From Saccostrea echinata (lineage: Eukaryota), in assembly GCF_033153115.1 (NCBI RefSeq), contig NW_026889779.1, positions 6,510,001-6,574,000 of the forward strand: a stretch of DNA of 64,000 bases. Direction: 5' to 3'. The position numbers were made by a program, and so were the translations under genes. The notes under the pieces were generated by a model. It had not been told where the DNA came from and did not search any database. It saw nothing but the letters and a program-made list of their open reading frames with translations. This document shows, piece after piece, positions 57,512 to 64,000 of this stretch. Numbering within the stretch: the stretch's first letter is position 1; the number at the start of each line of letters is the position of its first letter.

Positions 57512-58808
57512 AACAAAATGTGTTTGTGAAACACTGATGTCCTTGTGTTGCAGCTCATGGCCAAGGTGAAAGGTTTTTTTTTTTTTTTTTAAAGTAGGTT
57601 AAACTTGAAGGTCAAGTCATGAGGTAAAAAATACGGTTTGTTCCCGTTTTGCACACATTTGAATTTTAAGTATTGAAAAAATGTGTGCAAAACGGGAATT
57701 TGTCCAGGTAAGATAATTACTTAATTGCTAAAGTCTATATCATAATTGTTAATTTGGAGAAAGAGATACTACGGAAAAAATAGCAAGAAAAAAATGTTAA
57801 TTTTGCATTTGATAATTTGACTTATTTCTTGAAAAAATCAGTTTAAAACATAAAAAATATCACAAATACCAATCAAAACTATAATTATATTCACATGATA
57901 CTAACTGGAAAAGTTAATTTTTTTTTTTATTAATTAAGATTGAATTCATTACTCATTTACTTATTCATTTTATCTTTATGAAATAAAGAAACAGGGTGAT
58001 ATGCGATAGGGATATTTGTCTAAACTATCAACTTCATCTTCGATTGGATAAGTAAAATTTTCATGATGTATTCCCTTAAATATTTATTATAATGCATTAG
58101 TAAAATACAGGTAATGCCAGGTAAATCCCAGACGGAGGACAGACTATAATTGCTATCAAAACATATTTAACACGTATTGTTCTATCCCTTATTATCAAAT
58201 GTGTGCAAAACGGGAATACACCAAAAATATTTGTAATCGCACAGAAAGAAAGGTTTAATCACAAGAAATATACCCGTATGTGTAATAAGAAAGCTCTAGC
58301 ACCAATCGTTCATAAGTTATGGTCAAAGTTGAAGTTTTTCAAAAGTAGGTAACTACAAGGTGCTGAGGTAAAAAAAAAATGATGGTACCCAAAGAAAGGT
58401 AACAAGAAATATACACGTGAAAGCCCTAGCACCAACCATTCAAAAGTTAAGGGCAAGGTTAAATGTTTTAAAAGAAGGTCAAACTCCAAGTTCGAGGTCA
58501 AAAATGTTGATACACAAAGAAAGGTAATGTCACAAGAATTACACATGTGAGATATTAAAGCCCTAGCACCAACCATTCACAAGTTATGGTCAAAGTTTAA
58601 AGTTTGTTAATTTTTTTTCAAAATAGGTAGGTTAAAGTTATGAGGTCAAAAATATTGCTACCCAAAGAAATGTCTTGTCACAAGAAATGCACATGTGAAA
58701 TATGAAATCCTAGCAACATCTTATCAAAATTTATGGGCAAAATAAAAGTTTTTGTGGACAAACAGATGAAAAACTATATGCCCCAAATCTCCTATTACGG
58801 GGACATAA
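57512..58808 (-). mobile_element. HINE-like element (same family as 56148-57026), interrupted by a TIR element
   Basis: Same termini (aacaaaatgtgtttgtgaaacac ... tacggggacataa) and internal repeats. Confidence 0.7.
57635..58222. mobile_element. GG...CC TIR element (Merlin- or Mutator-like)
   Basis: ggtttgttcccgttttgcacacatttga / tcaaatgtgtgcaaaacgggaatacacc; flanks aaaaatac / aaaaatat (imperfect ~8-bp TSD). Confidence 0.65.
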
Positions 58809-59195
58809 CACCCAAATTCAGTTAATTTGTGCCAATGGCCATTTTAAAATGTTCATTACATTTCATACCTGATAAAGAAGAGAACATTTTCAGTTGTTTT
58901 CTGTATGTCAACTTTTGATGAAAGATGTCATTAAATATTAATCGCTAACGGGAAAATTCGTTCCTAAATAAAATATAATACGAATCAAATGTAATGTAAA
59001 TCACTGTGACGTAAAAAACATGATTATTTGGCCTTTTAAAATAAACTGCAGCATTTTGAAATCGATGTATTGGACTAAATTAACGGCATAATTGATACAT
59101 GTAGTTTCAAATGAATGAATTGAATTCCATATAGGTGCTGTATTAAAGGTCACAAAAAGGGAAAATTTTTAATTCTATAGACTAGATTTTTTGTT

Positions 59196-59230
<35 letters not shown>

Positions 59231-59284
59231 TTTTTGCAAAGTGATTAAAAAAATTACACTTACAAAAAGAAATTATTCGAAACC

Positions 59285-59885
59285 AAACACTTTCCAGTGA
59301 TTTTGAAATAAAAGATACCACAGTTTCTGACACGACTGTTTCATATATGGATACGCGTATTTTACTAGAAAGAGATAATAATGGTAACCTAACAACAAAA
59401 ATTTATGATAAACGTGATGACTTCAACCTTTCTATCGCCACTTCCCTTACTTATGTAGCAATATACCCTTATCATCTGCACATATGAGGTTTATATCTCA
59501 CAGCTGATTCGAGCTAGCATGCTCCACGTACGAATAATTTCTAAAAACGAGGCAATCTTTGACAAACAAGTTGATGAAACAATGATATCAACAGCCTCGT
59601 TTAAAGTAATCATTTCGCAAGTTCTATGGTCGAAACAATGACCTTGTCAGCAAATACAATCTATCATTCATTTAGTCGAATACTGACTGACGTTTTTCAT
59701 ACTAATTGTTAGGCCATTATTTAAACACTGGATTGTCTACGGATTTTTTCGTTTGCCCGATCATGACAGTGAGCACACGGCGGATGTGACCAGTCGACAG
59801 AGGGATGCCCCATTGCACCTGATCCCACCTCTGATGTTTTTGGAAGTCCATGTATGCTCTGCTCCCGTTTTGTATTTTTTCAAAA
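59285..59885 (+). mobile_element. Penelope-like retroelement 3' fragment (C-terminal RT, pseudogenised)
   Basis: Frameshifted translation EIKDTT...SYMD...GNLTTKIYDKRDDFN...FPYLCSNIP...VYISQLIR, then the same gtgaccagtcgacagaggggatgc...cacctgatcccacc-type 3' motif as 8520-8955. RT runs to the 3' end, as in N-terminal-endonuclease PLEs (clade assignment tentative). Confidence 0.7.
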
Positions 59886-60490
59886 GAAAAAAAAAGATTT
59901 AAACATAGTTAGCATTAAACATATATATTCTTAACTCAAACATTTTTTCAATACAAAGTCACAACAGCTTGTCATACATATAGAATCAAAACCACTTTTA
60001 CATGAATGCGACACATGATTTGATTCCACTTCATTATTATTTTTGCATGATTGGCCGGTAAGCACTACAAGGAGTCAGATGATATCTTGTTCTTCCTTAT
60101 TGCATTGGAAGCGGACTCCGCAATACAAATAGGAAGTTAATTAATGTTTTTGAAAAATCTCTAATGAGGTCATCAACTTTATATAAATTAAGGTATATGG
60201 CCTACATGGTTATTGTCAGTAATTCGATTGAGACGGTAAGTAGTTCATTCTTTAGTATGTAGCTTTTTAAGATATAAATTTTTGTCTTTTTTATAGGCAT
60301 TATTCCGTACATCGCCCAGAAGCTGCTCTGTTTGAAGTGTAAATCAAGAAATGAATTAAAATAGGCACATCAGAGTGTACAATTTCCATTTAAGAATTGA
60401 AGCTTAGATGTCTCTCCAAGACAAATAACTTAAACCTCATCGGTTTGTTTTTTTTAAATCTTTAAATTTATCTTTTTTTTCAGTTTCATA

Positions 60491-63400
60491 ATGAGGAATA
60501 TCACAGTTGCAGTGATTTTAATATCACTTGTCTTGACTGAGCAAACTTTAGCACAAGGATTTCTAGATAGACTCCGTAGTAGGCTAAGTTTCGCCAGACA
60601 GGCTGCCCAGGGAGCCAGAGATATGTACAGAGCGTACAGGTGAGTGCAATTAATCGTGTCTGTATTATAAGTGTATGGTTTTATGCGTGTGATCCCGAAA
60701 ATTAAATTCCATTTTTTAGGCAAGTATGTTAGAAATTCTTTGAAGAGAGTGTGACCCTCCTTGGTGAATTGTAATACTCTATAAGATTCACATTTTCCTT
60801 TTTAGTGTGATAGGACGATGGATATGACTGTAGAATTTGGTACACAGGTACTTGTGGACAAGACCCCCCCCCCCCCGATATTCAACCCCGGGGCTTGTTG
60901 GACATTTTTTTTTCACAAATTATATTTATTACACTTATTCATCATATGTACCATAGGAAAAAATCGTGAAAACCCCAAAATAATCGCTCCACACAAAAAT
61001 ACCCCACTATATAGTAGGGTATTTTTGTGTAGAACGATTATTTTGGGGTTTTTACGATTTTTTCCTATGGTACACATGATGAATAAGTGCAATAAATATA
61101 ATTTGTGAAAAAAATGTCCAACAAGCCCTGGGGTTGAATATTGGGGGGGGGGGGTCCCTGTCCACAAGTACCTGTGATTTGGTAATGGGTTATTCAACCG
61201 CCTGATCATGATCGATGTTAAAAAGTCTTCCCCAATTTATATGAACGGGATGAAAATTTATGTTCATCTACCAATTGATTTTTTTTAAATTGAGGCAATG
61301 ACATAAAATAAGAAAGATTTTCATTTTGAATGGTCATTTTTCATAAGATTTCAGTATACTTTGCCTAAAGTCTAAACATCATTTTTTTTTTAATTATTAT
61401 TTTTATTTGTTTTCAAGTTGCACTATACATAAAACAGTATAATTCTTTTTACCCCATTCATTTAAATAAAAGATGGCCATTGGAGGGAGTCAGATTTTTT
61501 TAAAAATGAAGTTCGATTTTTCAAATTTTATCGTTTTTATAACTTTACTGTCAAGTTTCGATTTCGGACATACTCGTATATCTAGAATGTTTGAAAATAG
61601 AAAAAAAAATACTTTCATGTAAATTAGTTGAATCTAATTGGTGGAGAAACATTTTTAATATATTCGATCAGTGCATATTATCTATTCAAGATATATTACT
61701 AAAGTCAGGTACTCTTCACACAATTGCTCCGAAGAAAATAGTTCCATTCATGATCAGTAGATAAAACATTACAACAAATATTAAGAATAATCATGTATAT
61801 TTAATACGTTAAAGAAAACAAAATTAACGTTAAAAGATTTTAAGAAAATCACTTTTTCCCCAGAAAAGCAAATAAAAAGTTTTCATATTCCTACGCTCGC
61901 TGCCTCCTCAGTCTTTTTCACGAAAATATATAGGTCACACTTCGATTGATAATGATAAATCTTTTCACCAATTATATTACTGGTCATGATTATTGTTCGT
62001 TAATTGCCGTATATTTTCTTTTGAGTTAGAATGTTAATCATTAACTGTGTGTGTGTTTTTTCTCTCTTTTTTTAAATAACGGAATGGTTATTATGGTTAA
62101 ACACTTCTCGGCAAAGCAACGTGATTTTCCGAGCTCGGAAAGATCTTCGCACGTGTGTAGACCTAGGCTATTTGGTCTTGCAAGAACAGGTGTGTGCATC
62201 GTTCCCTAGTGACGCTTAGATCAGTAGACTGGGTATCGTTACTTGCTACGGACTGGGTATCGGTACTTGCTACGGACATAAAGAAGTTTAGAACTATACA
62301 CCAGTTTCATAACAAGTGCAGGTTTTTTACTCAAGGTGAAGCCCTAGACTGGGCTAGAGGGGCTGAGTTATGGTCATCGATCTAACACGAAAACGTACTA
62401 ATTTTGTAAATAAAGACATTTCTAGAGACAAAAATGAAGTTTATCTTCAAAACGTCTGTATATTCAAAATCAGTTCATGGTGGAGGAATATTCAGTGATG
62501 CTCCGTAGCCGCAACCGATCTCGCGCTTTCCTTTGGGTTTAACAACGGCCGTCAATGCATCACTGGACGAGTTCATTGATTACTCTAAAAGGTGACAGGT
62601 TGGACCATCTTTAACATCTGCCTATACTTTGAGTGATAGTACTTTTTAATAATAGCACAAAATTAAAAAATAAATTAAAATCTATCCTTGATAGATCTAA
62701 AGTTTTGCTATTTATGAAAATGGGCCATCTTTGATAATCCATAACGGCTTGGACTTGTTTTGAATTTTTTTTTTACAGAAGATTCTATCATTGGAAAGTT
62801 AGATGGTACACATGTAGCACAGGCACATAGTACGCGGGATTTTTTGGGAGTCCCCCCCCCCTTTCACTTTGAAAACGTTGCTATAGGCCTGTAACATGCT
62901 ATCTTGATTAAATATTCCTGAAAATGAGTGAGGCGTTAAATACATTTTTAAAATTATACGATTAATTATATTTAGTTTATGTTCTATGTGAAATTAAAAC
63001 TATTTTTATGCATGTGCAACTTTGTGATAAAGTCACTACATGCATGTAACGTTATATATGTACATGCAGTTTGTTTCCTACTATATGCATATTTTAATCA
63101 ACAAAAGATGTTGAAACTCAGTAGCCTAAATATTGTGTCATTTAAGGATATTTATGTATATGGCACTTTTATAGTTGACTTTCTACAGCTTGAGTATCTC
63201 TGACGTTTTGTCAGTAAATACTTGTTTTTTTTATTAGAAATCATCTGAACACAATGAAAATTCGAATAAATTAAAAGTCGAATATCTTGGATATGGGGTA
63301 ACCCATATCTATTCTTGTTTTAAGAAACACTTACCCTCTGAAATATGAAACCAAGCCCCCAGCGTGATAGAACTGACAACAGTCAACAATACTTTAACAA

Positions 63401-63990
63401 GGGTGTTAGTAAAAAAAAGTTGACTGCACGGAATACATGTATATGCGCTAATGGTTCACTGTTATATGTGTTTGTATTGAACATTTAGTATTTATATAAA
63501 AAAAATATTTTGCATATAGTTGAGGGGGGGGGGGGGATTGTCAATGTTACCCTAAACTACATGCAGTATTTACATAATGCACTCATATATTAACTTTAAG
63601 ACATTAATGGTTAAAAATCGAGTGTAAGAAATCGTACGCAAACGATTTATATGTATATTGTAAAATAAAATTCATGAATAAAGGGTCTGCATAAAATTCA
63701 CGAAAATTCAACTCTTATGATGAAACATAATGATTCCATATCATCATATATCAGCATAAAAAATCACGTAGTCAAGTAACTATGATTTGAAATTAAGTTA
63801 TCTCCCCATTAATATAAGTCGTGCAGATTTTGAAATATAAATGACTGTCACTAAAGTGAGCACTACGTATCTTTTTCAGTGATATGAGACAAGCTAATTG
63901 GCGGAATTCGGATCAGTACTTCCATGCACGTGGTAACTATGACGCCGCCAGAAGAGGTCCCGGGGGTCGTTGGGCAGCAAGAGTAATCAG
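60491..63990 (+). CDS. SAA: Serum amyloid A protein (last exon lies beyond the window)
   Basis: Exons 60491-60639 ([50 protein letters not shown]) and 63880-63990 ([37 protein letters not shown]): SAA signature and the expected phase-2 introns. Confidence 0.95.
60843..61176. mobile_element. Fold-back MITE with 8-bp TSD in the SAA intron
   Basis: cacaggtacttgtggaca... / ...tgtccacaagtacctgtg; near-complete palindrome; ATTTGGTA at 60835-60842 and 61177-61184. Confidence 0.9.
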
Positions 63991-64000
63991 GTAAAAAGTT

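Noticed and set aside
59775-59835. SECIS or ribozyme in the Penelope-like 3' motif (gtgacc...cctgatccc)
   Set aside because: Could not build a convincing SECIS helix II or hammerhead core by eye, and the copies are degenerate; would need an Infernal or SECISearch run on a consensus.
60818-61209. Mirror-image ORFs on both strands
   Set aside because: Artefact of the palindromic MITE.

Overview
AT-rich, intron-containing animal DNA, most likely a bivalve (oyster-like: ~166-bp Cg170/CvA-type satellite units inside Helentron-associated elements, SAA gene). Host genes, with exons reconstructed by hand from splice sites and reading frame: a cyclic-nucleotide-binding-domain protein (minus, runs off the left edge) head-to-head with TIMM8; THEM6; CEP44 (minus) head-to-head with lysosomal alpha-N-acetylgalactosaminidase (NAGA); and at the right end a serum amyloid A (SAA) gene preceded by an unusual SAA-derived paralogue. 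The centre holds a very young, complete 11.9-kb Ty3/gypsy LTR retrotransposon (ATAC TSD, near-identical LTRs, tRNA-Leu PBS, gag, a -1 frameshift signal, pol). In the env position it carries a third ORF that encodes a non-env C2H2 zinc-finger / acidic / Arg-Ser-tailed protein, probably made from a spliced subgenomic RNA. Introns and intergenic DNA are dense with non-autonomous elements: Helentron/HINEs, hAT-, Mutator-, Kolobok-, P- and Tc1/mariner-type MITEs, a solo LTR, a tRNA-bearing TRIM, SINE and Penelope-like fragments. Best candidates for something new: (1) the zinc-finger accessory ORF3 of the gypsy element; (2) the SAA paralogue that amplified the N-terminal amphipathic helix into 18-aa repeats and stops exactly where SAA has its last Tyr codon before the conserved intron. 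Family assignments come from motif recall, not database searches.
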